DNA of 64,000 nt from the NCBI GenBank assembly GCA_049511835.1, contig JBEKXN010000008.1:42090-106089 (forward strand). Direction: 5' to 3'. This stretch comes from Verrucomicrobiota bacterium. GTDB taxonomy: Bacteria; Verrucomicrobiota; Verrucomicrobiia; Limisphaerales; UBA11358. Below are positions 36,254 through 45,728 of the stretch, in pieces. Position 1 is the stretch's first letter. Every line of letters begins with the position of its first letter. The notes under the pieces were generated by a model, which made no database searches, was not told the DNA's origin, and worked only from the letters and a program-made list of their open reading frames with translations. The translations under genes were made by a program, and so were the position numbers.

Positions 36254-36709
36254 ATGAAATTCAAAATCTACGCTGCTAAAATCGAAGACATGAACCAAGG
36301 TTGGGTTTGGCTTGGCGGGCACGACAAGCTTGACCAACGAAGTATTGTCAAGTTCTCAACTGGCAGCACGCATAAAAGTGTCTATTGTGAAGTTCTCAAA
36401 ATAGACGGAAACTTCATAAACGACTACAACCGGCCCGGCGAAGGCCGCATTGCGATTAGTGATCAGCAATCAGCATTAGTTGTTAGCGAGTGGTATAGGA
36501 AAAAGTTGGGAAATTTGCAAACACGCACCGAGGTTGAAATCAACGTGGAAGTCGCTAATCGTGTTTGTGGACGGCTTCATGCCTGTTTAGATCATCCCCA
36601 AGTGGTGGTTCGCCTTGCTACAATGCTTGGAATTTGGAGCGTCGTTCTCGGTGTTATTGCTGTCATTCTTGGCGCTATCGCTATTGTCGAACCTTTCTTC
36701 ATAAAATGA
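36254..36709 (+). CDS. hypothetical protein with soluble N-terminal beta-rich domain and C-terminal transmembrane anchor
   Basis: 151 aa; C-terminus LATMLGIWSVVLGVIAVILGAIAIVEPFFIK is strongly hydrophobic. Low GC. No family recognised with confidence. Confidence 0.5.
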   Translation: MKFKIYAAKIEDMNQGWVWLGGHDKLDQRSIVKFSTGSTHKSVYCEVLKIDGNFINDYNRPGEGRIAISDQQSALVVSEWYRKKLGNLQTRTEVEINVEVANRVCGRLHACLDHPQVVVRLATMLGIWSVVLGVIAVILGAIAIVEPFFIK

Positions 36710-36898
36710 CCAAATCCGTGTCAAAAATCTGCGTTCATCCGCATATCTACTGGTGACCCGCCGGCCATTTACATCTCTACTGTATCGGCTAACGCGCGTC
36801 CTGCATCGGCTCATGGGTTTCCTTGACCCGCTAACAGCCTGACCGAAAAATTCTGTCAATTCCATCGGCCACCGCTAAACTTGGCGCATATTGGAGAC

Positions 36899-38188
36899 AT
36901 GAACCGCAAACCATCGTTGCTCGTCGTTTTCCTGACGGTCTTCATTGACCTCATCGGTTTCGGCATCGTCGTGCCGCTGGTGCCGATTTACAGCCGGCAT
37001 TACGGCGCCAACGGCTTCGTCATCGGCGCCATCTTCGCCTCGTTTTCCGCGATGCAATTTGTCTTTTCCCCGGTTTGGGGCCGGCTGTCCGACCGGCACG
37101 GTCGTCGGCCGATTCTGCTCATCAGCACCGCCAGCGCGGCTGTGTCGTACCTGCTGTTTGCCATCGGTTCGGGCTTTGAAAATCACACCGCCGCGCTTTG
37201 GGCGTTGCTGATCTCCCGCGTCTGTGCCGGTATTTGTGGCGGCAACATCACCGTCGCCCAGGCTTACATCGCCGACATCACGCCGCCGGAAAACCGGTCG
37301 AAGCGGATGGCCCTCATCGGCGTGGCCTTCGGATTGGGGTTTGTTATCGGTCCGGCACTCGGCGGGATTACCTTGCATTTTTTCGGCGCCACCGGTCCGG
37401 GTTGGACTGCCGCGGCGCTGTGCGCGGCCAATTTCATTCTGGCGTTTTGCATCCTCGCCGAAAGCTTGAAGCCGGAATCCAGCCAGGCGACCCGACGACC
37501 GCATTTTGCCCAGTGGGGCCACACCCTGTCTCAGCCGAAAATCGGCTTGTTGATCCTGATTTTCTTTCTGGCCACGTTCGCCTTCAGTTGCTTTGAAACA
37601 ACCCTGGCATTGTTGGTTAACGATAATTTCAATCTCGGCCTCACTGTGGACGAAACCAAACCGGGAGTCACGGTCACTTCCCTGTTTGTTTTTTGTGGAA
37701 TCATCGGCGTGTTTATCCAGGGCGGGGCCATCGGCCGGCTGGTCAAAATGTTCGGCGAACCGAAATTGATTTCCCTGAGCCTGTTCCTGACCGGCATCAG
37801 CCTGATTCTCCTGCCGTTCATCAAAGGCGACGGCCAGCTCAAGTGGCTGGCCGTTCTGCACGCGACCGACTGGCCGTGGATCAAAATGCTTCTGGCGCTG
37901 GCGCTGCTGGCAGTGGGTACCGCCCTGACGCGACCGCCGCTGTTCGGATTGCTTTCCAACCTGGCGCCGCCGAACGAACAGGGCGCGACCATCGGCGTCG
38001 CGCAAAGCGCCGGCAGTCTGGCGCGCATTCTCGGCCCGCTCTTCGCCGCGACGCTTTACACGCACGTCGCATCGCTGCCTTACGTGACTTGTGGTGTCAT
38101 TTCCATCCTGGCTGGGGTTTTGGCGGTTGGGCGGTTGGGCGGGGGAGCCGGGGCCGTTGACAGAAAAGCGCCGGAAGCGGCGAATTGA
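36899..38188 (+). CDS. MFS transporter (TCR/Tet-like drug:H+ antiporter type)
   Basis: ATG 36899 preceded by GGAGA. MNRKPSLLVVFLTVFIDLIGFGIVVPLVP...GRLSDRHGRRPILL motif A. Confidence 0.8.
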   Translation: MNRKPSLLVVFLTVFIDLIGFGIVVPLVPIYSRHYGANGFVIGAIFASFSAMQFVFSPVWGRLSDRHGRRPILLISTASAAVSYLLFAIGSGFENHTAALWALLISRVCAGICGGNITVAQAYIADITPPENRSKRMALIGVAFGLGFVIGPALGGITLHFFGATGPGWTAAALCAANFILAFCILAESLKPESSQATRRPHFAQWGHTLSQPKIGLLILIFFLATFAFSCFETTLALLVNDNFNLGLTVDETKPGVTVTSLFVFCGIIGVFIQGGAIGRLVKMFGEPKLISLSLFLTGISLILLPFIKGDGQLKWLAVLHATDWPWIKMLLALALLAVGTALTRPPLFGLLSNLAPPNEQGATIGVAQSAGSLARILGPLFAATLYTHVASLPYVTCGVISILAGVLAVGRLGGGAGAVDRKAPEAAN

Positions 38189-38189
38189 T

Positions 38190-39407
38190 TCAGCGCAAAA
38201 AAAGTTCCGCCGCCGAATCGGCAAAACGCAATCCCTGCGGTGTGAGTCGAAATTGTTGCGCGTCGCATGAAGCCCAGCCGCGTTCCACCAATTGGTTCAT
38301 TTCCGCCGACCACCCGTCGCGCAAATCGAAATCAGTCGCGCGCCGGAATTCCGCAAACGGCCAGCCTGCATTCATCCGCAAACCGAACGCGGCGGTTTCG
38401 CCCGCGCGTTTCAACGGCGGCAATTCTTCGCGGGATTCAATGGCGCGTTTCCCCTTTTCCAGTTGCTCGCAGTAAAGTTGCGTGTTCGACCAGTTCTTCG
38501 TCCGCACGCCGCGCACGTAACTCGTCGCACTGGGGCCCAACCCGTAAAACGGACCGCCGCGCCAGTAATTCACATTGTGTTTGCAGGCAAGGGCGGGAAT
38601 GGAACGCCGGCCTCCGGCCCGGCTTTGACCGGAACGTGCAAATCGTGCCGTGCCGGAGGCCGGCGCTCCGGCTCCGCGCGCAAAATTGGCAACCTCGTAT
38701 TGTTGAAATCCCGCCGCCGTTGCCTGTTCGATGAGTTCCTCATACATCGCGCAGGCCAGGTCTTCATCCACGTCAAATTCCCCGGCCTGCAGTTGCGCAA
38801 AGAGCGGCGTGTCGTCCTCGTAAATGACTTCGTAGGTGGACAAATGTTCGCTGCCGAGCGCCAGTGCCTCGGACAGGGTCGCGCGCCAGATTTCCATGGT
38901 CTGACCGGGAATCGCGAACATCAGGTCGAGATTCAAATTGTCAAAACCGGCCCGGCGCAGGATGTCGAACGACTTGAAGGCCATTTCGCGGGTATGGATG
39001 CGGCCGAGCCGTTCGAGCAATGGTTCGTCGAGTGACTGCACGCCCAGGGAGATGCGGTTCACGCCGAAGTCGCGAAGCAATTTTGCCTTGTCGGGTGAAA
39101 CGGTGGCGGGATTGCATTCCACCGTGAATTCTTCCGCGCCCAGCAGATTCAACCGCTCCAGGGCGTGGAGAATTTGTTCCCACTGGCGCAAGTTGAGCAG
39201 CGATGGTGTGCCGCCGCCAAAGAAAATCGTGCGGGGCTGAAGATCGTGCGCCACCAGTTCCAGCTCGCGGAGGAGCGCGGCGACGTAGCGGTTGATGAGG
39301 TCGCCGCTGGACGGCTCGGAATAAAAGGCGCAGTACGCGCATTTCTGCGCGCAGAATGGAACGTGAATATAAAGGCTTTCGACCGTGGTCGCGATGGAAC
39401 CAGCCAT
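38190..39407 (-). CDS. hemW: radical SAM heme chaperone HemW / coproporphyrinogen III oxidase-like
   Basis: LYIHVPFCAQKCAYCAFYS (CxxxCxxC), GGGTPS, HemN_C-like tail. Confidence 0.85.
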   Translation of the reverse strand: MAGSIATTVESLYIHVPFCAQKCAYCAFYSEPSSGDLINRYVAALLRELELVAHDLQPRTIFFGGGTPSLLNLRQWEQILHALERLNLLGAEEFTVECNPATVSPDKAKLLRDFGVNRISLGVQSLDEPLLERLGRIHTREMAFKSFDILRRAGFDNLNLDLMFAIPGQTMEIWRATLSEALALGSEHLSTYEVIYEDDTPLFAQLQAGEFDVDEDLACAMYEELIEQATAAGFQQYEVANFARGAGAPASGTARFARSGQSRAGGRRSIPALACKHNVNYWRGGPFYGLGPSATSYVRGVRTKNWSNTQLYCEQLEKGKRAIESREELPPLKRAGETAAFGLRMNAGWPFAEFRRATDFDLRDGWSAEMNQLVERGWASCDAQQFRLTPQGLRFADSAAELFLR

Positions 39408-39488
39408 GAAGGAATAATACCCCCTTCGTTCATGGCTGGCGAACGAAAATCTCCCGCTTCGCGGGATTTGCCCGGATGAAACCCGGCG

Positions 39489-39698
39489 TTACGCCGGAGT
39501 CACGCGCTGGACATTTTGGGCTTTGAGCCCTTTGTCGCTGGGGACAACATCGAAGGAAACTTCGTCTCCTTCATTCAAGGTTTTGAATCCCGCACCCGTG
39601 ATGGACGTGTGATGCACGAACACGTCCTGCCCGGAATCCTGGGCGATAAAGCCAAACCCTTTTTTGTTGTCGAACCACTTGACTTTGCCACTGGCCAT
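39489..39698 (-). CDS. cold-shock protein (CspA family)
   Basis: [33 protein letters not shown] with RNP1/RNP2 motifs. ORF trimmed to ATG 39698. Confidence 0.9.
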   Translation of the reverse strand: MASGKVKWFDNKKGFGFIAQDSGQDVFVHHTSITGAGFKTLNEGDEVSFDVVPSDKGLKAQNVQRVTPA

Positions 39699-39901
39699 AA
39701 TTAACTCCTGACTTTTCGAGGCCCGCCCCAAAGCAAAAAAGACACGACCGAAATTCAGCCGTGCCAAAAATTACTTTTCAAAAACGCTCATGCCTCAATT
39801 AGGAGGCCATCCTAATTACCCGTTGGGCCAAAGTCAAGCGCTAGTTTCAGGCTGGTTACAAACAGGTTGCGCACAGGTTACCAACATCATCCGCCGGGTG
39901 C

Positions 39902-40273
39902 CTACACCTGCAACGCCTGGTTCAAAAGTTGCGGCAGGTAATTGGCAATGGCGGCCTCGCCGACCACCAGCGTCGCGCCGGCTTTTTGCGCGGCGGCCTG
40001 CAATTCCGTCGCCTGTTCGCCGGCAAATGCAATGATGGGAACATGTTGCGTGGCGGCGTCCGCCTTCAACGCGGCAATGGCGCGGCAAACGTCATCGCGC
40101 TTCGATTCCAGGTCCACCACCACCAGCATGGGGCCTTCACTTTGCGCACCGCGCAGGAGCGCCGGCAGCTCGTTGACGGCCTGCACGCGATAATTCAGGT
40201 CTTGCAGCCGGTTCACCAACTGGCTGCCCGGCAGCAATTTTTCGTAGAAAACCAGCGCGAGCGGTTGCGTCAT
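39902..40273 (-). CDS. CheY-like receiver-fold single-domain protein (atypical)
   Basis: ORF trimmed to ATG 40273. Alternating beta/alpha pattern LALVFY / YRVQAV / MLVVVDL / PIIAFAG / ATLVV. The N-terminal acidic pair is not evident. Confidence 0.4.
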   Translation of the reverse strand: MTQPLALVFYEKLLPGSQLVNRLQDLNYRVQAVNELPALLRGAQSEGPMLVVVDLESKRDDVCRAIAALKADAATQHVPIIAFAGEQATELQAAAQKAGATLVVGEAAIANYLPQLLNQALQV

Positions 40274-40497
40274 GCAAACAACGTGCAGCGTAAACGAAGA
40301 AATTGCAAAACTGTTTTTAGGCGGTAATCCGTTTTCATTCGTGCCCACCCGTGGTTGAATCCTTGTGTTCTTTGCGTTCTCTTGCGGCCAATGAACTCCC
40401 GGATTGACCTCCCCGCCGGGGCGTCGTACGGTTGATTTGTAAAGCGAACGGGCCCGGATCAGCGCCCATTCGGAGACTGAAAAAGAGACAAACCATA

Positions 40498-40881
40498 ATG
40501 TCACAGAAAAATACATCAAACAACTGGGGCCCCCATTTCATTGTGCCCACGGGCACGCGCCGGAAGTATTCCGGCCCCATCAGCCTGCGGGAGACTCTCG
40601 ACAAAGAGCTCCTGGGCAAGGAACTGGCGGAACTGGGGCTGCCGCGGAAAGTGCTGAAAATTTCCAACCCTTGGTATTACCGGAAGAAGGGTGCCGAAAC
40701 GTGGATTAAAATCGGAGAGTCCGACAACGAGTCGGGGAACTTCCCGGTGACGTGGGACACGACAAAAATTGAGAACGGACCCTACGAGATTCTTGGCCTG
40801 ATGCATGTCTATGTCGGGAATGGCACCGTCCAGGGAGCCATTGCGCGGGAGGCCGTAACCCCGCTCACGGTTGAGAATTGA
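40498..40881 (+). CDS. hypothetical protein
   Basis: ORF 40432..40881 trimmed to ATG 40498. MSQKNTSNNWGPHFIVPTG... No family recognised. Confidence 0.35.
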   Translation: MSQKNTSNNWGPHFIVPTGTRRKYSGPISLRETLDKELLGKELAELGLPRKVLKISNPWYYRKKGAETWIKIGESDNESGNFPVTWDTTKIENGPYEILGLMHVYVGNGTVQGAIAREAVTPLTVEN

Positions 40882-40945
40882 TCCTCGCGCCAATTAAAAA
40901 GCCACACGGCGACGCCGTGTGGCTGAATTTTGATCAGACTTGGTT

Positions 40946-42589
40946 TTACGCCTTGAGAATGGCCATGGCCTTTTTGTTTTCCGAATCGGTCAGGTACGGA
41001 ATGCCGGTTTCCGCCGCGGTCTCTCGATTGCCGGCCATGAGGTCGTCGCGAGAGATCTCGGACAGTTTGGCCCGGCGGGCACCGGCCATGAACTGCTGCA
41101 GACCGCAGGCGACTTTGTCGGCATAGGCATACATCGCCACCGCGCCGAACGGAATCTTCTTCATCTCGGCGGCGCCGACCTTCTTGGACACCGCTTCCCA
41201 CGCGGCAAAGATCTGCTCGGGCTTGTCGCCGTAGCAGGTGACGGTGGCCGGCAATTCATCCCAGTGACCGTGTACCGCCTGGCGGCGATCCGGATGCAGC
41301 ACGCCTTCGATGTTGCTGCCCACAAAGGCCGGGATCATCGGAGCGCGGCCCATGCAGACGAGCTTCACAAACGGCGCGCCCAAGGCGAGGGCTTTGAACA
41401 TGTGGTCTTCGCGCGCCAGACCGCCCGCAAACGCGAGGTCCGGCACGGCCAGGCCGCGGTCGGCCAGCATCTTGGTGTACTCGTAAGCCTTCGCATGGAG
41501 CGGCAGGGACGGCACACCCCAATGCTCCATCATGTTCCACGGGCTCATGCCGGTGCCGCCACCCGCACCGTCAATGGTGAGCAGGTCCAGCTTGGCGTCG
41601 GTGGCGCAACGGATGGCCAGCGCCAGTGCTTCCATGCCGTAGGAACCGGTCTTGAGCGTGATGCGCTTGTGGCCGATCTTGCGCAGGTACTTGATGGCCT
41701 TCATGAAATCGTCCTGCACCTGTTTGGCGGACGAGAGGTTCGTGCCGCCCAGACGGCTGTGCCGGGCGAACGCGCGAAGTGCGCCGCTCTTGAACGCCGC
41801 TTCCACGATCGGATCGTACGGATCGGGATCCACAATGTAGCCGCGGTCCTTGAGGAACCGGGCGTATTCGATATTATCCACCTGGATTTCGCCGCCGATG
41901 CACTTGGCCCCCTGGCCCCACTTGAGTTCGAGAATGACCTCGTTGGGATATTTTTCGGCCAGGTATTCCGCGACGCCGTTGCGGGTGTCTTCGACATTCA
42001 TCTGCACAATGATGACGCCCTTGCCGTCAAAGTAGCGCAGGAACATGTTGATGCGACGATCCAATTCCGGCGAAATCTCGATGCGCCCCTTTTTGAGAAC
42101 GGATTTGCGGTCCACGCCAACGACGTTCTCGCCCACGACTATGGGGAATCCGCAGAGGGCGGCGCCGATGGCAAAGGAATCCCAGTAACGCGCCGCCACG
42201 AACGTGGAGCCCAGCGCGCCGGTCATCATCGGGACGCGGCATTTGACGGGGTTGGTCCGTCCGAACTGCGTGGAGATGTCCACTTCCGGGAAAATGCAAT
42301 GGTCGGCATCGGTTTTGCCGTCCTTCCCGTTCCAACCATAGGCATAGCCATGGATGCGCAAGGCGTGGTAGCCCACGCCCACGGAAGTCACGTTGCCGGA
42401 ACCGGACGTGATGTAGCCGAATTTTCGCGGATACAACATTTCCCGCCCCCGCAGGGCGGACATCCACGTTTCACATTTGCCTTTGCAGGCCGAGTCGCAC
42501 AACGTGCACAGACCCGACTCACAGGGATTTCCCCGGTTGCTGGTTCCCAGGGCGTCATTGCTTTTTCTCCATTCAATCATAACCACCAC
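40946..42589 (-). CDS. stand-alone FMN-binding glutamate-synthase-domain-2 family protein with N-terminal Cys cluster
   Basis: 547 aa; CESGLCTLCDSACKGKCE, then ...MMTGALGST..., KWGQGAKCIGGEIQ, TIDGAGGGTGMSP, AFAGGLAREDHMFKALALGA resemble the GltB FMN (TIM-barrel) domain. Confidence 0.75.
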   Translation of the reverse strand: MVVMIEWRKSNDALGTSNRGNPCESGLCTLCDSACKGKCETWMSALRGREMLYPRKFGYITSGSGNVTSVGVGYHALRIHGYAYGWNGKDGKTDADHCIFPEVDISTQFGRTNPVKCRVPMMTGALGSTFVAARYWDSFAIGAALCGFPIVVGENVVGVDRKSVLKKGRIEISPELDRRINMFLRYFDGKGVIIVQMNVEDTRNGVAEYLAEKYPNEVILELKWGQGAKCIGGEIQVDNIEYARFLKDRGYIVDPDPYDPIVEAAFKSGALRAFARHSRLGGTNLSSAKQVQDDFMKAIKYLRKIGHKRITLKTGSYGMEALALAIRCATDAKLDLLTIDGAGGGTGMSPWNMMEHWGVPSLPLHAKAYEYTKMLADRGLAVPDLAFAGGLAREDHMFKALALGAPFVKLVCMGRAPMIPAFVGSNIEGVLHPDRRQAVHGHWDELPATVTCYGDKPEQIFAAWEAVSKKVGAAEMKKIPFGAVAMYAYADKVACGLQQFMAGARRAKLSEISRDDLMAGNRETAAETGIPYLTDSENKKAMAILKA

Positions 42590-42941
42590 TCTTTCTTATG
42601 GTTCAACTCATTCAGATTTTTACATTCAAGTTCACCGCGGCAGCCCAGCCAGGGCCGCCGCTGATCCGCACTTCCGGCACCATTACCAAAGGCGAATAGT
42701 GCACATCGTCCACATTCGAGTTTAATAATAATGCAAAGGACAGGCTTAACGGTTATTGCTAATTAATGGCCCTTTATTGGTTAAAAGTGTTCATGTTTGG
42801 AAGGCATAAAAAAGCATGAAATATAAGATGTACAAATAACCGAAAACACATAAGGACGGGCGGTTGAACGAAACCTGTCCTGGTTGGGTGTCGGCCCGGG
42901 ATCGGCCCGGGTCAAATTTCAGGGTGCGGTGGGAACGGGGT

Positions 42942-43853
42942 TCAAGTCGGCTTCGCTCTTCCTTTGCCGGGGTGGCTGCCGTTTTGCAGCAGTTCGATGA
43001 ACGCCCGGGTGTTGGCGGAAAGCCGGCGCCCGTGGCGATAGACAATCCCCAGCGGTCGCACAAAGTTCGGGGGGGACAACGGCACGGCTGCCAGCGTGGC
43101 CGCCTGCAGTTCGTGCTCCAGCGTTGGCCGCGGCAAAATCGCCACGCCGGAACCGACCTCCACGGCGCGTTTGACCGCCTCGACGTTGTCGAAGGTCAGC
43201 ACCACCCTCACTTCCACCCCATGTTTGCGCAGGAAGCCGTCAATCTTCTTGCGGATCACCAGGTCCGGGTCGAACCCCACAAACGGTTCGCCGGCCAGTT
43301 GCTTCACCGCGACGGTCTTCATTCGGGCCAGCCGGTGCTGGGGATGGCAGGCCAGCACCATCGTCTCGTTCCGCCACGGGATGACCGTCAGGTCCCGTCG
43401 CTCCTGCGGGAACGAAAGGATGCCCAGGTCCACCTCGTCGTTGAGGACCCGCTCGCGAACCCGGCTGGGATGGAGATATTCCAATTTCACGCGTGCTTGC
43501 GGCTGCAGCTCGTTGAACCGGCGCACGCACTGGCTCATGTCGCGCAGGTTGGCCGAGTAAATGGCCGCCACCCGCACTTCCGTGTCGGCGGCGGTTTGCC
43601 GGCCGCGCACCTCGCCCTCCAGCCCGTAGTAACGTTCCAGCACTTCCCGGCAACCATCATAGAAAATCTGGCCCTCGCGCGTCGGCTTCCAGGGCCGGCA
43701 GGACCGGTCAATCAGCGTCACTCCCAGATGCTTTTCCAGCCGTTGAACGGTCAGGCTCGCGGCCGCTTGCAGCACGTTGTTCGCCTCCGCACCGCGGGAG
43801 AAGCTGCGGAGACGCACCACGTCGCAATATATCTTCAGCGTGTCAATCTGCAT
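42942..43853 (-). CDS. LysR-family transcriptional regulator
   Basis: MQIDTLKIYCDVVRLRSFSRGAEANNVLQAAASLTVQRLEKHLGVTLIDRS is a LysR HTH, followed by a periplasmic-binding-protein-like effector domain. Divergent from the mvhD-metF... cluster. Confidence 0.85.
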   Translation of the reverse strand: MQIDTLKIYCDVVRLRSFSRGAEANNVLQAAASLTVQRLEKHLGVTLIDRSCRPWKPTREGQIFYDGCREVLERYYGLEGEVRGRQTAADTEVRVAAIYSANLRDMSQCVRRFNELQPQARVKLEYLHPSRVRERVLNDEVDLGILSFPQERRDLTVIPWRNETMVLACHPQHRLARMKTVAVKQLAGEPFVGFDPDLVIRKKIDGFLRKHGVEVRVVLTFDNVEAVKRAVEVGSGVAILPRPTLEHELQAATLAAVPLSPPNFVRPLGIVYRHGRRLSANTRAFIELLQNGSHPGKGRAKPT

Positions 43854-43975
43854 GGTCGAAGCAAACGAATGTCAACGTTGTCTGGCGAACACCGTATGCG
43901 GAATCCCGGCGGCGTCAACTCCATACTCCCGCCGGAATCGCGCAAAAGGCTGTGTTGTACCCGTACCAGACGCGT

Positions 43976-44103
43976 AGGACAGGCGTCCCGCCTGTCTCCA
44001 TCTTCACGGATCCCACTCACCGATCAGTGACAGCTTATGGCAGCGACCATTCTTCCTGAAACAGAGGTTGTTGGATTTGAGAGACAGGCGGGACGCCTGT
44101 CCT
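43976..44103. repeat. 128-bp MITE-like element with 23-bp perfect terminal inverted repeats (family A)
   Basis: AGGACAGGCGTCCCGCCTGTCTC (43976-43998) is the exact reverse complement of 44081-44103. Each terminus is itself a hairpin, CAGGCG-TCCC-GCCTG. Lies between lysR and the redox cluster. Confidence 0.65.
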
Positions 44104-44310
44104 GCGATATGGATGCGCCTTCAGGCGACTTGCCGTAAGGTTTGTCCGGACCGCCTTGCCCCGCTCCCCTGACCACAGGGTTTTGCGCCGGTTTCCACCT
44201 TCCCCGGCCCCGCCGGCGCAGTATTGGCAAATGAAATGCTGTGTATTTACTAGTTGCGAAAAAAGTTATGGACATTGCGACCCGGTTCGGTTAAAATTTC
44301 GCCGGATTAT

Positions 44311-44330
44311 GCCGGTTGTGATCAACCGGC
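44311..44330 (+). promoter_or_regulatory. perfect 8-bp-arm palindrome 40 nt upstream of first cluster gene
   Basis: GCCGGTTG-TGAT-CAACCGGC. Could be an operator or a 5'-UTR hairpin. Confidence 0.25.
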
Positions 44331-44370
44331 CTGCTGAGTTGATTTTTAGCAAAATGGCCCAATACGTTTT

Positions 44371-44811
44371 ATGACTCATCCCGCTGTGAAAACGTATGTT
44401 TTTTATTGCTCCAACCATCTGGCGGCCGGCCAGTTCGCCGGCCTTGGCCATGGTCCGGAGGGTGACACCATCAAGACCATCAGCCTGCCCTGCTCCGGCA
44501 AGGTGGATGTTCCCTATTTGATCAAGGCGTTTGAAACCGGCGCGGACGGTGTGGCGATTGTGACCTGCCCCAGGAACGAGTGCCGCCACTTCGAGGGCAA
44601 CCTGCGGGCGCACAAGCGCGCCGAGGCCGTTGAATCTTTGCTGGAGGAAATCGGACTGCCCGCAGGCCGGATGGCCGTATTTGAGTGCGGACAGCAGGAC
44701 GTCGGCCAGGTCCTCGGCGAAATCAGGCAGTTCATTGACCGGGTGAGAAATCTGCCCCCACCACCCGCCCGCAGCGACGCCGCCAATAAACAGGAGAGCA
44801 CGGTTGCATGA
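44371..44811 (+). CDS. mvhD: MvhD/FlpD-like (methyl-viologen-reducing hydrogenase delta subunit family) iron-sulfur protein
   Basis: VFYCSNHL...ISLPCSGKVDVPYLIKAFETGADGVAIVTCPRNECRHFEGNLRAHKR is the FlpD/MvhD signature. Confidence 0.8.
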   Translation: MTHPAVKTYVFYCSNHLAAGQFAGLGHGPEGDTIKTISLPCSGKVDVPYLIKAFETGADGVAIVTCPRNECRHFEGNLRAHKRAEAVESLLEEIGLPAGRMAVFECGQQDVGQVLGEIRQFIDRVRNLPPPPARSDAANKQESTVA

Positions 44812-45713
44812 AACCAGATAGCAAACTCGCAAAAAAAATTGACGCAGGAGATTTTATCGTCACCGCCGAGTGTGCGCCGGGCGCCACCGCGAACGGCGCC
44901 ACCACCGAAGCGGCATTGAAACTCCTCGACGGCAAACCGGTGGCCATCAACTTTCCTGACAACTCCCATGGCGTGGCGATCTCCTCGGTGGCCGCGGCGG
45001 TGGCGGCCATAAAACTGGGAGCCGAACCGATCCTCCAAATGGTCACCCGCGACCGGAACCGCATCGCCCTCCAGTCCGATTTGCTGGGCGCCGCCAGCCT
45101 GGGAATCAAGAATGTGCTTTGCATGACCGGCTATCACCAGATGCTGATCGGCTGTCCGGAATCCGCCAACGTTTTCGATGTGGATTCCTCCCAATTTATC
45201 GATCTGGCCACCCGGATGTCCGAAAACGGCGTTCTGGCCGACGGGACAAAATTTGACGGGCAATTTTCGATGCTGGTCGGGGCGGTGGCGAATCCGTTCC
45301 TGAAACCGTTGGATCTCAACCTGTTCCGGCTTGGTATAAAAATCGAAGCCGGCGCAAAATTTATTCAAACCCACGCAGTCTTTGACCTCGAGGCCTTCAG
45401 CCAATGGCTCGATGCTGTCCGCAAGGAGGGTCTCACCAAAAAGACGGCGATTTTGGCCGGTGTTTTTCCCTTGGCCAGCGCGGCGGAAGCCCAAAAGCTC
45501 CGTGACACTTACGCCGAATTTCGCATTCCGGACGAGGTCATTGAACGGCTGAAAAAAGCGGGTGATGCCGCTGCGCAGAAAAAGGAGGGAATCGCCATCT
45601 GCGCTGAAACCATCAAGCAGCTCAAGGCGCTCGAGGGTTTGCGTGGCATCCATATTCTATCGGGCGGCAAGGAGGCCTTGGTGCCGGAAATCCTGGCCGC
45701 CGCCGGACTGTAA
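44808..45713 (+). CDS. metF: methylenetetrahydrofolate reductase catalytic subunit (acetogen-type MetF)
   Basis: FIVTAECAPG...QMVTRDRNRIALQSDLLGAASLGIKNVLCMTGY...KFIQTHAVFD. ATGA overlap with the mvhD stop. Confidence 0.8.
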   Translation: MKPDSKLAKKIDAGDFIVTAECAPGATANGATTEAALKLLDGKPVAINFPDNSHGVAISSVAAAVAAIKLGAEPILQMVTRDRNRIALQSDLLGAASLGIKNVLCMTGYHQMLIGCPESANVFDVDSSQFIDLATRMSENGVLADGTKFDGQFSMLVGAVANPFLKPLDLNLFRLGIKIEAGAKFIQTHAVFDLEAFSQWLDAVRKEGLTKKTAILAGVFPLASAAEAQKLRDTYAEFRIPDEVIERLKKAGDAAAQKKEGIAICAETIKQLKALEGLRGIHILSGGKEALVPEILAAAGL

Positions 45714-45728
45714 TTACCGGGAGAAATC

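Noticed and set aside
44104-44370. Riboswitch (THF, SAM or glutamine type) in the 5' region of the redox cluster
   Set aside because: No consensus blocks of those riboswitch classes were recognisable by eye. Only a short palindrome (44311-44330) is present. An Infernal/Rfam scan would be decisive.
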